From positions 82,638 to 146,637 of the forward strand of contig JABURT010000070.1 in assembly GCA_014762495.1 (NCBI GenBank): a stretch of DNA of 64,000 bases, given 5' to 3'. Below the pieces are notes generated by a model. It worked only from the letters and a program-made list of their open reading frames with translations. It was not told the origin of the DNA and did not search any database. Both the position numbers and the translations under genes were made by a program. The DNA is from Gammaproteobacteria bacterium (lineage in GTDB: Bacteria; Pseudomonadota; Gammaproteobacteria; Thiohalospirales; Thiohalospiraceae). This document shows, piece after piece, positions 26,831 to 35,199 of the stretch; position 1 is the first letter of the stretch; each line of letters opens with the position of its first letter.

Positions 26831-27874
26831 ATGAAATACCGTCGATTAGGCAAAACCGATGTCAAAGTCAGTCTTATCTGTCTGGGGACCATGACCTGGG
26901 GTGAGCAAAATACGCAAGACCAGGCCTTTGAACAGATGGATTATGCCCTCGAGCAGGGGGTGAATTTCTTCGACACCGCTGAGCTCTACTCCATTCCGCC
27001 AAATGCCGCGACCTATGGCAGCACGGAGACCATCATAGGTAATTGGCTCAAGGCGCGTGGTAAGCGTGAGCAAATTGTCCTGGCGAGTAAAATAGCGGGT
27101 CCCGGTCCAGGTTGGGTCGATCACATTCGTAAGGGACAAAGTCGATTTGATCGTGGCAATATCGAGTCTGCCGTGAACGACAGCCTAAAGCGCCTGCAAA
27201 CCGACTACATCGATCTTTATCAATTGCACTGGCCAGAACGTAAGACCAACTTTTTTGGTCACCTGGGTTATCAGAATGCTGAGCCCGATGATTTCACACC
27301 GATGGAGGATACTCTCCAGGCCCTCGCCGCAGAGGTCGAAAAAGGAAAGATTCGATATATTGGTCTGTCGAATGAAACCCCATGGGGGGTGATGCGCTTC
27401 ATCGAAACCGCCGAACGACTGGGGCTGCCCAGAATCGTGAGCGTGCAAAATCCCTATAACCTGCTCAACCGCAGCTATGAAGTCGGTCTTGCAGAAGTCT
27501 CGCAACGTGAGTCGGCCGGATTGCTGGCCTATTCGCCCCTTGGTTTCGGGGTCTTGTCAGGCAAGTATGTCAATGACGCCCGTCCAGAAGGCGCAAGAAT
27601 AACCCGCTGGCCTGACTACAAACGTTATATGACGGAACAGGCGGTAGCCGCGACGGAAGAGTACGTGGCCCTTGCACATGCGCATGGACTGTCCCCCGCA
27701 CAAATGGCCCTGGCCTACATCAACAGTCGGCCCTTCGTCACTGCGAACATCATAGGGGCCACGACGATGGATCAACTCAAAATGAATATCGCCAGTATTG
27801 ATCTGAAACTGGATGATACGGTAATGGGAGCGATAGAAGAGATACATACGCGTTATCCCAATCCAAGTCCCTGA
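26831..27874 (+). CDS. NADP(H)-dependent aldo/keto reductase, Tas-like
   Basis: MKYRRLGKTDVKVSLICLGTMTWGEQNTQDQAFEQMDYALEQGVNFFDTAELY parallels E. coli Tas. 347 aa. Confidence 0.85.
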   Translation: MKYRRLGKTDVKVSLICLGTMTWGEQNTQDQAFEQMDYALEQGVNFFDTAELYSIPPNAATYGSTETIIGNWLKARGKREQIVLASKIAGPGPGWVDHIRKGQSRFDRGNIESAVNDSLKRLQTDYIDLYQLHWPERKTNFFGHLGYQNAEPDDFTPMEDTLQALAAEVEKGKIRYIGLSNETPWGVMRFIETAERLGLPRIVSVQNPYNLLNRSYEVGLAEVSQRESAGLLAYSPLGFGVLSGKYVNDARPEGARITRWPDYKRYMTEQAVAATEEYVALAHAHGLSPAQMALAYINSRPFVTANIIGATTMDQLKMNIASIDLKLDDTVMGAIEEIHTRYPNPSP

Positions 27875-27898
27875 TATTTTTAGCTAAGAGTGAATGCT

Positions 27899-28240
27899 AT
27901 GAACTGCCTATTTTGTAAAATCGCCGAAGGGAAAATGGAGGCAGAAACACTGTATGAAGATGAAGACGTCATCGCTTTTCGAGACATTCATCCCCAGGCC
28001 CCACATCATGTACTGATTATACCCAGGCAGCATTTCAGCAGTTTGAACAGTTTCGAGGATGGTGATGGCGCCTTGCTGGGGAAGTTACTGTTGACAGCCA
28101 GGCGTATCGCCCGTGATCTTGGTGTGGCGGAAGATGGTTATCGTGTCAATATAAACACCAATGACCATGGTGGTCAGACAGTGTATCACCTGCATGTTCA
28201 TCTGCTCGCAGGACGCCAGTTTAGCTGGCCGCCGGGATGA
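27899..28240 (+). CDS. HIT-family (histidine triad) nucleotide-binding protein
   Basis: MNCLFCKIAEGKM...HVLIIPRQH...HLHVHLLAG (HxHxHxx triad). The ATG at 27899 has the RBS TAAGAG 8 nt upstream. Confidence 0.88.
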   Translation: MNCLFCKIAEGKMEAETLYEDEDVIAFRDIHPQAPHHVLIIPRQHFSSLNSFEDGDGALLGKLLLTARRIARDLGVAEDGYRVNINTNDHGGQTVYHLHVHLLAGRQFSWPPG

Positions 28241-28369
28241 TATGGATGAGGTATCCGCCTGCGCGGAATGATATGAACAGGGATTTTCAACGAACCGGTC
28301 AGACACGATCACTTTACTGCCGGTAATCTCCTGCTATGGTAATGGTCCGGAATCGAAGGAGTGAAAGCG

Positions 28370-29059
28370 ATGTCTCAAGCCGTGAGTCCCAACACCCATC
28401 CCGAATTGATTAGCTTCAAGCTTTGCCCCTTTGTCCAGCGCTCGGTCATCACCCTGCTGGAGAAGGGGGTGGAGTATCGAATCACCTATATAGACCTGGA
28501 AAATCCACCCCAATGGTTTCTTGATATCTCGCCCCTGGGCAAGGTGCCTGCCCTGCGTGTCGGGGAGGAGGTGCTGTTCGAATCCGCCGTGATCAATGAA
28601 TATCTGGATGAGATTAACCCGCCCAGCCTGCATCCGGAGGACCCTTTGCGCAAGGCGCAGAATCGTGCCTGGATCGAATTTGGCTCCAACCTGATCGGCG
28701 ATCAATACCATTTAATGATCGCAAAGGAACAGGCGCAATATGACGAGGCTCTGGCCGGGATGGAAAAAAAGCTACAGCAACTTGAGCAACAGCTGGATGC
28801 TGGGCCCTTTTTCAACGGTGATCGCTTCTCACTGGTGGACGCCGCCGTTGCACCGGTCTTCATGCGAACGCAGTTGTTGTCTGGCTGGCATGATCTCTCC
28901 GCCGTGTATGACAAGACGCCCAAGGTGGCGGCCTGGCACGAGGCCTTGATGGCGAGGGAGTCGGTACAAAAATCGGTGGTCGAAGAGTTCGCCGATGAGA
29001 TGCGTGACTATATCGGCAGGACCGGCGGCTATGCCGCTGAGGTATTTGCCGACACATAA
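28370..29059 (+). CDS. Glutathione S-transferase family protein
   Basis: Thioredoxin-like N-domain (LISFKLCPFVQRSVITLLEKGVEY...GKVPAL...ESAVINEYL) plus an alpha-helical C-domain. ATG at 28370 lies 8 nt after AAGGAG. Confidence 0.8.
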   Translation: MSQAVSPNTHPELISFKLCPFVQRSVITLLEKGVEYRITYIDLENPPQWFLDISPLGKVPALRVGEEVLFESAVINEYLDEINPPSLHPEDPLRKAQNRAWIEFGSNLIGDQYHLMIAKEQAQYDEALAGMEKKLQQLEQQLDAGPFFNGDRFSLVDAAVAPVFMRTQLLSGWHDLSAVYDKTPKVAAWHEALMARESVQKSVVEEFADEMRDYIGRTGGYAAEVFADT

Positions 29060-29090
29060 TAAAAAATGCGGGCTCTGGCCCGCATTTTCA
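29060..29090. terminator. Bidirectional intrinsic terminator between the convergent GST and SH3-domain genes
   Basis: AAAAAA-ATGCGGGC-tctg-GCCCGCAT-TTTCA. Confidence 0.75.
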
Positions 29091-29115
29091 GACAAGATCG
29101 AGTGTATAGACCTGG

Positions 29116-29688
29116 CTAGATACTCAGGCCACCCAGTTTCTTCGCCAGATGGCGCTTGTACCACAGCACGCCGCCGCCAAAGGCTCCCAGGATGAGCAGG
29201 ATGAGTATGATCAGATTCTGCCACCAGGGCGTCGCGCCTCCACTTAACAGGCTTTCCAGTCGAATGGTTTCGTTCATCTGATCCTTGAGCTCGGCGTTCT
29301 CTGTCTCCAGTTTACGAATAGTCTGCTGCAGGCGGGTTTGTGACTGGGACAATTCCTCGATACGAGCGGTCAGGTCTTCAATTCGCTCATTGAGTGCCTT
29401 TTCTTCCTCGCGGGCCTCTTCCAGTAGAATTTGAGCGGGCTTCTTTTTGGTGACGTAGCTGCTACTCACCCAGCCCTCGACACCGCTGGGTGTACGGATG
29501 CGCATATAATTACCCTTGCGCTCCAGCACTTCGAGCACCATTCCGGAGACAACGACACTGATGGGGGAATAGCTGTTGTCAGGCTCCGGGCGAACCCCGA
29601 CACGTAAATTATCGTCGACAAAAACGGTTTCAGCCAAGCTGGTGCCGGTCAGCATGAAACTCAGCAACAAGGCCGCAAAAAGACGCAT
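29116..29688 (-). CDS. SH3b-domain / coiled-coil / C-terminal TM protein (YgiM-like)
   Basis: Signal peptide MRLFAALLLSFMLTGTSLA (ATG 29688, AGGAG 6 nt upstream). SH3b-like segment (GMVLEVLERKGNYMRIRTPSGVEGWVSSSYV). Heptad coiled coil, then the TM helix WWQNLIILILLILGAFGGGVLWY. Confidence 0.65.
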   Translation of the reverse strand: MRLFAALLLSFMLTGTSLAETVFVDDNLRVGVRPEPDNSYSPISVVVSGMVLEVLERKGNYMRIRTPSGVEGWVSSSYVTKKKPAQILLEEAREEEKALNERIEDLTARIEELSQSQTRLQQTIRKLETENAELKDQMNETIRLESLLSGGATPWWQNLIILILLILGAFGGGVLWYKRHLAKKLGGLSI

Positions 29689-29924
29689 CAACACTCCTTC
29701 ATACAAATTCTTATCGTCAGTTCTTGTTACGGGATTTTAGTGAAAATACCGATGCAATTCGCTGCAAATCGTAACAGATACTGGTAACCGCTGATACCGT
29801 ACGTAAGCCCAGCTGGATTCAGGGTGATTCTGATGGCTAGACTACAATAAGCTCGCACGCGCTGACAACGGTGCCGCCTTAGTCATTTCGTCCAAAACGT
29901 GCATTTTTTCAATGTTTTTTCATT

Positions 29925-30260
29925 TCAAGGACTAAGGAAGATCTTTTCGTCTCTTATGCTAACCGGAAGGGCCTGTAAGGCGTCGCCGACGCATGGTCCA
30001 AATATGCATTCACCGTCTTCAATACGAAAACGCGCATCATGCGTGGCGCATTGTATAAAGGCCCGATCGGGGTCAAGAAACTGATCCGGCATCCAGTTCA
30101 ACTCCACACCGGTGTGCGGACAACGATTGCGATAGGCATAGACTTCGTTATCTACACGCACCAGGACCAGGGAAACGGTTGTGCCATCGAGTTCGACCTC
30201 CATGCCTTTGACGCCCTTATCCATATCGAGCTCGTCCAGCCCGCACAATTCCACGCTCAT
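29925..30260 (-). CDS. Rieske [2Fe-2S] domain protein
   Basis: 111 aa. CPHTGVELNW ... CATHDARF gives the C-x-H ... C-x2-H Rieske ligands. Confidence 0.8.
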   Translation of the reverse strand: MSVELCGLDELDMDKGVKGMEVELDGTTVSLVLVRVDNEVYAYRNRCPHTGVELNWMPDQFLDPDRAFIQCATHDARFRIEDGECIFGPCVGDALQALPVSIRDEKIFLSP

Positions 30261-30361
30261 ACAAAATCCTCCTTAGGGTTTTGCCTATCATGACAGAGTG
30301 GCCCCAATGGTCACAAACCCGCGCCTGTTATCGGGTCAAAGTGTCAACATAATGGGCTACA

Positions 30362-30814
30362 ATGGGGGCGTTTTATTACGAGGGGAATGCCGTGGAGTTT
30401 CAGTCGACAGATGAGGTGGAGGCGGCCTTTTACAGGGCCTTTATGCAGGGCGATATCGAGGCCCTGATGGAGGTCTGGTGGATGGACGATGGCATCGAGT
30501 GCATACACCCCTTCGGCCCTCGTCTGACCGGTTACAAGGAAGTATACGGCAGCTGGCAGGAGGTCATGCAGCAGAGCCAGGGCATGATGGTACAACCGCA
30601 AAACGTCCATCGCCAGCAGGATGGTTCCCTGGCAACCCACAGTCTGGTGGAGAAAGTGAGCTGGATGGCCGAAGACGGCCAACATTCAACCGAGATCAAC
30701 GCCACCCATGTCTATCGCTTCACCGACTCGGGATGGAAGATGGTGCTTCGGCATGCCTCACCCTCGCCCAGCCAGGACCTGCAGGATGTGTTGCCCGAAG
30801 TTGAGTTGCACTGA
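30362..30814 (+). CDS. NTF2/SnoaL-like (DUF4440-type) protein
   Basis: 150 aa. EVEAAFYRAFMQGDIEALMEVWWMDDGIECIHPFGPRLTGYKEV is typical of the SnoaL/YybH-like fold. Confidence 0.5.
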   Translation: MGAFYYEGNAVEFQSTDEVEAAFYRAFMQGDIEALMEVWWMDDGIECIHPFGPRLTGYKEVYGSWQEVMQQSQGMMVQPQNVHRQQDGSLATHSLVEKVSWMAEDGQHSTEINATHVYRFTDSGWKMVLRHASPSPSQDLQDVLPEVELH

Positions 30815-30820
30815 GTCGCC

Positions 30821-31228
30821 TCAGTCTCCCAGGTGTACCACCACCCGCCTACTACCACGCATGCGGCGATGTTCCCACAGATAGACACCCTGCCAGGTCC
30901 CCAGTGCCAGTGCTCCATTTTCGATGGGTATGGAAAGCGTAGTGGCGGTCAGGGCCGACTTGATATGGGCGGGCATATCATCGGCGCCCTCAAGGGTATG
31001 GGTATACAGGGGATCGTTTTCCACCACCAGCCGGTTGAGCCAATTTTCCAGGTCGCGCCGCGCCGAGGGGTCGGCATTTTCCTGTATCAGAAGGCTGGCC
31101 GATGTATGTTGAACCAGTAGCGAACACAGGCCTTCCCGTATCCCGCTGTGCTCTACCAGGGCCTCGATTTCCCGTGTGAACATGTGTAGGCCTTGCCCGG
31201 GAATGTTTAAATCTATGTGTCTAATCAT
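30821..31228 (-). CDS. yjbQ: YjbQ/UPF0047 family (secondary thiamine-phosphate synthase) protein
   Basis: 135 aa. GLCSLLVQHTSASLLIQENADPSARRDLENWLNRLV...HTLEGADDMPAHIKSAL...LGTWQGVYLWEHR are YjbQ signatures. Confidence 0.85.
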   Translation of the reverse strand: MIRHIDLNIPGQGLHMFTREIEALVEHSGIREGLCSLLVQHTSASLLIQENADPSARRDLENWLNRLVVENDPLYTHTLEGADDMPAHIKSALTATTLSIPIENGALALGTWQGVYLWEHRRMRGSRRVVVHLGD

Positions 31229-31391
31229 CCATTACCCCAAGATACGTGTTTACAAATTCAAAAAAATACACATAAAATCTGCGTCATAGCGATAATTCAG
31301 CGCAACAGGATGCGAACGTATAGGCAAAAACGCCTGTTTTTGCATCTACATCTTACCTGGCTTATGCCAATTGTTACTTTAGGAGTTATGC

Positions 31392-31784
31392 ATGGCAATT
31401 AAGAAAAAAGCTGCGAAGAAGAAGGCCGCCAAGAAAAAGGTCGTCACTTCCGCTGCCAAGAAGCGGGTTACCGCAATCAAGGAGCCCATGACCAAATCTG
31501 CATTGTATGCCGCCATTGCAGAGAAGACGGATCTTAAGAAGAAGGATGTAGACGCCGTATTCGGAGCGTTGTCTGAGATCATTGAAGGCCATCTCAAGAA
31601 AGGCGGTGCCGGTGTCTTCACCATGCCCGGCCTGCTGAAGATGAAGGTCGTGCGTAAGCCGGCGACCCGCGCACGTAAGGGAATTAACCCCTTCACCGGT
31701 GAAGAGACCACGTTCAAGGCCAAACCGGCCCGTAATATCGTCAAGATCGCACCGCTCAAGGGCGCCAAGGAAATGGTTGCCTAA
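31392..31784 (+). CDS. HU/IHF-family DNA-binding protein with N-terminal Lys/Ala-rich extension
   Basis: 130 aa. Residues 1-~30 are AIKKKAAKKKAAKKKVVTSAAKKRVTA. Then an HU fold follows: MTKSALYAAIAEKTDLKKKDVDAVFGALSEII...GVFTMPGLLKMKVVRKPATRARKGINPFTGEETTFKAKPARNIVKIAPLK. RBS AGGAG 5-6 nt upstream. Confidence 0.85.
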   Translation: MAIKKKAAKKKAAKKKVVTSAAKKRVTAIKEPMTKSALYAAIAEKTDLKKKDVDAVFGALSEIIEGHLKKGGAGVFTMPGLLKMKVVRKPATRARKGINPFTGEETTFKAKPARNIVKIAPLKGAKEMVA

Positions 31785-31792
31785 TCAACTTC

Positions 31793-31829
31793 CACCGCCG
31801 CCGGTCTGACCGGTGGCGGTGTCTTCAAC
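31793..31829. terminator. Long GC hairpin between the convergent HU and HAD genes (probable terminator)
   Basis: CACCGCCGCCGGT-ctg-ACCGGTGGCGGTG: a 13-bp stem with one G:U pair, followed by a weak TCTTC tract. Confidence 0.5.
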
Positions 31830-32514
31830 TGCCAAGTTCCAGGCTGTTCAGCAACGCCCCCAGCTCCGATAATTTCCCGATCTCCCACTGTACCCGGCCT
31901 CTCTGTGTCTCAAGCTTTTGCGACTGCTGGATAAAGCGCGTGATCAAAACCGGTGTCAGTCCGACCTCGCTCGCGCCTAGATGTTCATCGCTTCCACCGT
32001 CACCGACGAAAAGACAGTCCCGAGCCTTGAGTCCCAAGGCATTGAGGGCATGATGATAAATGTCAGGTGCCGGTTTGCGACTGCCCACGTCGCAGGAAAA
32101 CGTGGCCGTGTCGAACAGTTCGGCCATGGGCGAACGCTGCCAGGCCGACACCTCACCACTGGAGGCATTGGAGACCAGGGCAAGTTTGAGGCCGCGCTTT
32201 CGTAATTGACGCAGGGCATCCAGGGTCTCGTCATCCACCTCGACCAGGGCATGGTCAAACCGACGCTGACGCTCTACCACGGCCTCGCGTATCAGGCTCT
32301 CGTCTATTGATGGGTCGATGCTATGGGCCAGGGTCTTCAGGCTGTCGTAGTGGTCACTGGGCCGGCAGATGTCATGTGCGGGGCCAAAACAGGCCTCGTT
32401 CCACTCCTCGCGCCCAATACCCAGGATGTCGGCGGTATAGCGACCGACTTCATCGGGTACCGTGCCGACGTCGACCAGGGTATGAAACAGGTCCAGGCAT
32501 ATGCCTCGTATCAT
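31825..32514 (-). CDS. HAD-superfamily hydrolase
   Basis: 229 aa. Motif I CLDLFHTLVD, motif II VSNAS, motif IV FVGDGGSDE. Confidence 0.75.
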   Translation of the reverse strand: MIRGICLDLFHTLVDVGTVPDEVGRYTADILGIGREEWNEACFGPAHDICRPSDHYDSLKTLAHSIDPSIDESLIREAVVERQRRFDHALVEVDDETLDALRQLRKRGLKLALVSNASSGEVSAWQRSPMAELFDTATFSCDVGSRKPAPDIYHHALNALGLKARDCLFVGDGGSDEHLGASEVGLTPVLITRFIQQSQKLETQRGRVQWEIGKLSELGALLNSLELGS

Positions 32515-32588
32515 CGTTTTTACTCTTTTGAAATGTATCTGTGCCTAGTCTATACATTGGGATACGCCCATCAAATTGGAGAGTGCAG

Positions 32589-33182
32589 ATGGCCTATAAA
32601 CCTCTGGATTTGACCCGTCTGAACCGTCGAGTCAGCTATTCCCGCCCAACCCAGGTCTATGACAGTCATGTCAGTCTTGATTCGGCCGCCTACCTGGTCA
32701 TGACGGATCTGTCCAAGGTAAGCGCAGTGACCATCGGTCCCATGGCGAGCATTGACGATGCCAATGATCGCATGATCGCCAATGCCGTGCGCATGTTGCT
32801 GGTGACCAATGAACAGGAGCTGACACTGGGACTGATCACGGCGACCGATATACTGGGTGAAAAACCCCTCAACTACCTACGTGAGGTGGGGGGCAATCAT
32901 GGGGATATCCTGGTTCAGGATATTATGACACCTTACGATCAGCTCGAAGCCATGGAGTTGTCCGATGTTCTCAATGCATCGGTCGGGGATATCGTCGCCA
33001 CGCTCAAACAGGTCGGGCGCCAGCACGCACTGGTGGTCGACTCGAAGGAGGGTATGGCGACACCGCGTATCCGTGGAATATTTTCTACCTCGCAGATCGG
33101 CATGCTGGTCGGAGAACAGGTGGATTTGAGCAGTAAGGCAGGTAACTTCGCGGAATTGGAGCTGGCGCTCGTTCACGGATAA
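32589..33182 (+). CDS. CBS domain-containing protein
   Basis: Two CBS-like repeats (VMTDLSKVSAVTIGPMASIDDANDRMIANAVRMLLV; IMTPYDQLEAMEL...HALVVD). ATG at 32589 is preceded by GGAGAG. Confidence 0.6.
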   Translation: MAYKPLDLTRLNRRVSYSRPTQVYDSHVSLDSAAYLVMTDLSKVSAVTIGPMASIDDANDRMIANAVRMLLVTNEQELTLGLITATDILGEKPLNYLREVGGNHGDILVQDIMTPYDQLEAMELSDVLNASVGDIVATLKQVGRQHALVVDSKEGMATPRIRGIFSTSQIGMLVGEQVDLSSKAGNFAELELALVHG

Positions 33183-33201
33183 GAGATGCACGTTCGCCAT
33201 G

Positions 33202-33231
33202 AAAAAAGGGTGGCTTTGGCCACCCTTTTTT
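33202..33231. terminator. Bidirectional intrinsic terminator between the convergent CBS and OMP genes
   Basis: AAAAAA-GGGTGGC-tttg-GCCACCC-TTTTTT. Confidence 0.8.
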
Positions 33232-33235
33232 ATGG

Positions 33236-33730
33236 CTAGAAATCCCAGTGTAGGCCGAGGTTGATGGAATCGGCCTTAAGAGCCGTGGACGTGCCGTAGC
33301 TCATCCATTCCAGATGAATGGTGTAGTCCTTGCTTGTTTCAAAGCGTGCGCCTAGACCGAAGGAACCACTGTCGGCCACCGCCTTGGTCCCCGAGGCGGT
33401 AAAGTTCACTCGAGACAAGCCCACCATCGTGTATAGATGGAAGCGCTCATAGGGTGCACTCCAGCGCAGCAAGACACTGTTGAGCCGGTCCAGACTGAGC
33501 GTGCTCGAGGTTTGTGCGCTGGCGGTATGAAACTCTATGGCAAGGTCATAGGAGAAGCGGTGCCCCAGCCTTAACAATATACCGGTGGGTGCGTAATCAA
33601 GAGAAGGCGAGCCGCCGCTGACCTCCATCAGGGTCAGACCATAGTAGTTACTGCTATCACCCTCATCGGCTGCCTGAGCAGTGAAGGTGATGAAAGGCAA
33701 TAACAGGGCCAGTATCAGTTTCTTATTCAT
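33236..33730 (-). CDS. Small outer-membrane beta-barrel protein
   Basis: Signal peptide MNKKLILALLLPFITFTAQA (ATG 33730). Alternating amphipathic strands. C-terminus ...INLGLHWDF with an aromatic last residue. Confidence 0.6.
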   Translation of the reverse strand: MNKKLILALLLPFITFTAQAADEGDSSNYYGLTLMEVSGGSPSLDYAPTGILLRLGHRFSYDLAIEFHTASAQTSSTLSLDRLNSVLLRWSAPYERFHLYTMVGLSRVNFTASGTKAVADSGSFGLGARFETSKDYTIHLEWMSYGTSTALKADSINLGLHWDF

Positions 33731-33864
33731 ATAGTGTTCCCGTTCGGCACCTTGAAAGCATGGTACGTTTCTAGCGTTGTATACTAGCGTAAAGCACCGC
33801 AAAATGCATAAGTCATATTATCAGGTTTGCGACCGCTGCTTGCGATCATTGAGTGTATCGAGTC

Positions 33865-35124
33865 ATGTATCGACGTCAAAGTTCCCCGTTGTTTCTCCTT
33901 CTGCTGTTCACAATCACCGTCAACACGGTCAAAGCCGAGAGCATCCGTTATATCGAGAGTGAGGGCGGCACCGAAATCCCGGTTGAGGTCTTTGCCGGTG
34001 GGCCGGGTCCACGCCTGCTGTGGCTTCCGCCTGAAACCGGTCTCAAGGATGCGGACCGTGTACTGGCGCGTCGTTTGGCATCACTGGGAGTTGAGGTTTG
34101 GTTGGTAGACCTGTTCAGTGCGCGTTTCCTGCCTCTGGCGCAAAGCAGCATGGATCAGATGCCGGCGATAGACGTGAGCAAGGTGATCGACGCGGCCACC
34201 AGCGACGACAGGTCGGTTTTCCTGCTGGGTGTGGGTCGTGGCGCCATTCCCCTGTTGCGCGGTGTCCGCCTGTGGCAAAGGCAGGCAGGCGAGCGCTCGC
34301 TCGGAGGGGTTGTACTCCTGCATCCCAAGCTATACCTGGAAACACCGGACCCGGGCGAGCCGGCTCGCTTTATGCCCGTCGTCACGCAGAGCAACCAGGC
34401 ACTCTATCTGTTGCAGCCTACGCTCTCACCATGGCGTTGGCGTCTGGGCGAGATTTCCGCAGCCCTGCAATCAGGTGGCAGCGCCCTCTTCATGCAGACC
34501 TTGCCGGGTGTACGCGATCGTTTTTACTTTCGACCCGATGCGACAGAGCGAGAGGACGCTCTGGCAAGGGTCTTACCGGAGCAGTTACTCAAGGCGATGA
34601 ATCGGCTTCGTTATATCGAAGGCGGACGACGCATCGTATTGGAAGAGCCGATGCCAAGCCCCATATCGACTGGCAAGAAAGAGCGTAGCCTGAGCCCATA
34701 TGTCGGCAATCCAGAGCCACCTCCTCTCTCTCTACCGAGCCTCGCGGGTGGTCAGGTGGATCTTGAGGATTACAAGGGCAAGGTGGTATTGGTCAACTTC
34801 TGGGCCAGCTGGTGTCCACCCTGTGTCCATGAGATGCCATCCATGGAAGCCCTCTACCGCACATACCGAGAGCAGGGACTGGAGATCCTCGCGGTCAACA
34901 TGGCCGAGGAGGGACCAGTTGTGGCACGTTTCCTTAGCGAAAAGGTATCGGTTAGCTTCCCCATTCTGCTCGACAGCGACGGCAAGGCCTTGCGTGATTG
35001 GGGTGTGTTCGCCTTTCCGACCAGTTTCGTGCTGGATCGCCAGGGACACATACGCTTTGCCCTGTTCGGTGCCGTGGACTGGGAACGAAATGACGTCAAA
35101 GATCGGCTTGAAACATTATTCTAA
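33865..35124 (+). CDS. Periplasmic two-domain protein: N-terminal alpha/beta-hydrolase-like domain without a nucleophile + C-terminal TlpA/ResA-type thioredoxin
   Basis: Signal peptide MYRRQSSPLFLLLLFTITVNTVKA. The Trx domain, KGKVVLVNFWASWCPPCVHEMP, has its CxxC at 34813-34824. The first ~270 aa have no motif I can name, apart from a GVGRG where GxSxG would be expected. Confidence 0.7.
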   Translation: MYRRQSSPLFLLLLFTITVNTVKAESIRYIESEGGTEIPVEVFAGGPGPRLLWLPPETGLKDADRVLARRLASLGVEVWLVDLFSARFLPLAQSSMDQMPAIDVSKVIDAATSDDRSVFLLGVGRGAIPLLRGVRLWQRQAGERSLGGVVLLHPKLYLETPDPGEPARFMPVVTQSNQALYLLQPTLSPWRWRLGEISAALQSGGSALFMQTLPGVRDRFYFRPDATEREDALARVLPEQLLKAMNRLRYIEGGRRIVLEEPMPSPISTGKKERSLSPYVGNPEPPPLSLPSLAGGQVDLEDYKGKVVLVNFWASWCPPCVHEMPSMEALYRTYREQGLEILAVNMAEEGPVVARFLSEKVSVSFPILLDSDGKALRDWGVFAFPTSFVLDRQGHIRFALFGAVDWERNDVKDRLETLF

Positions 35125-35199
35125 CAAAACAAGGTTTGCATGATGGCTTTAACCATATAAATTGTGAAGTAATTATTTTAATAATAGAAGCTCGCAGTC

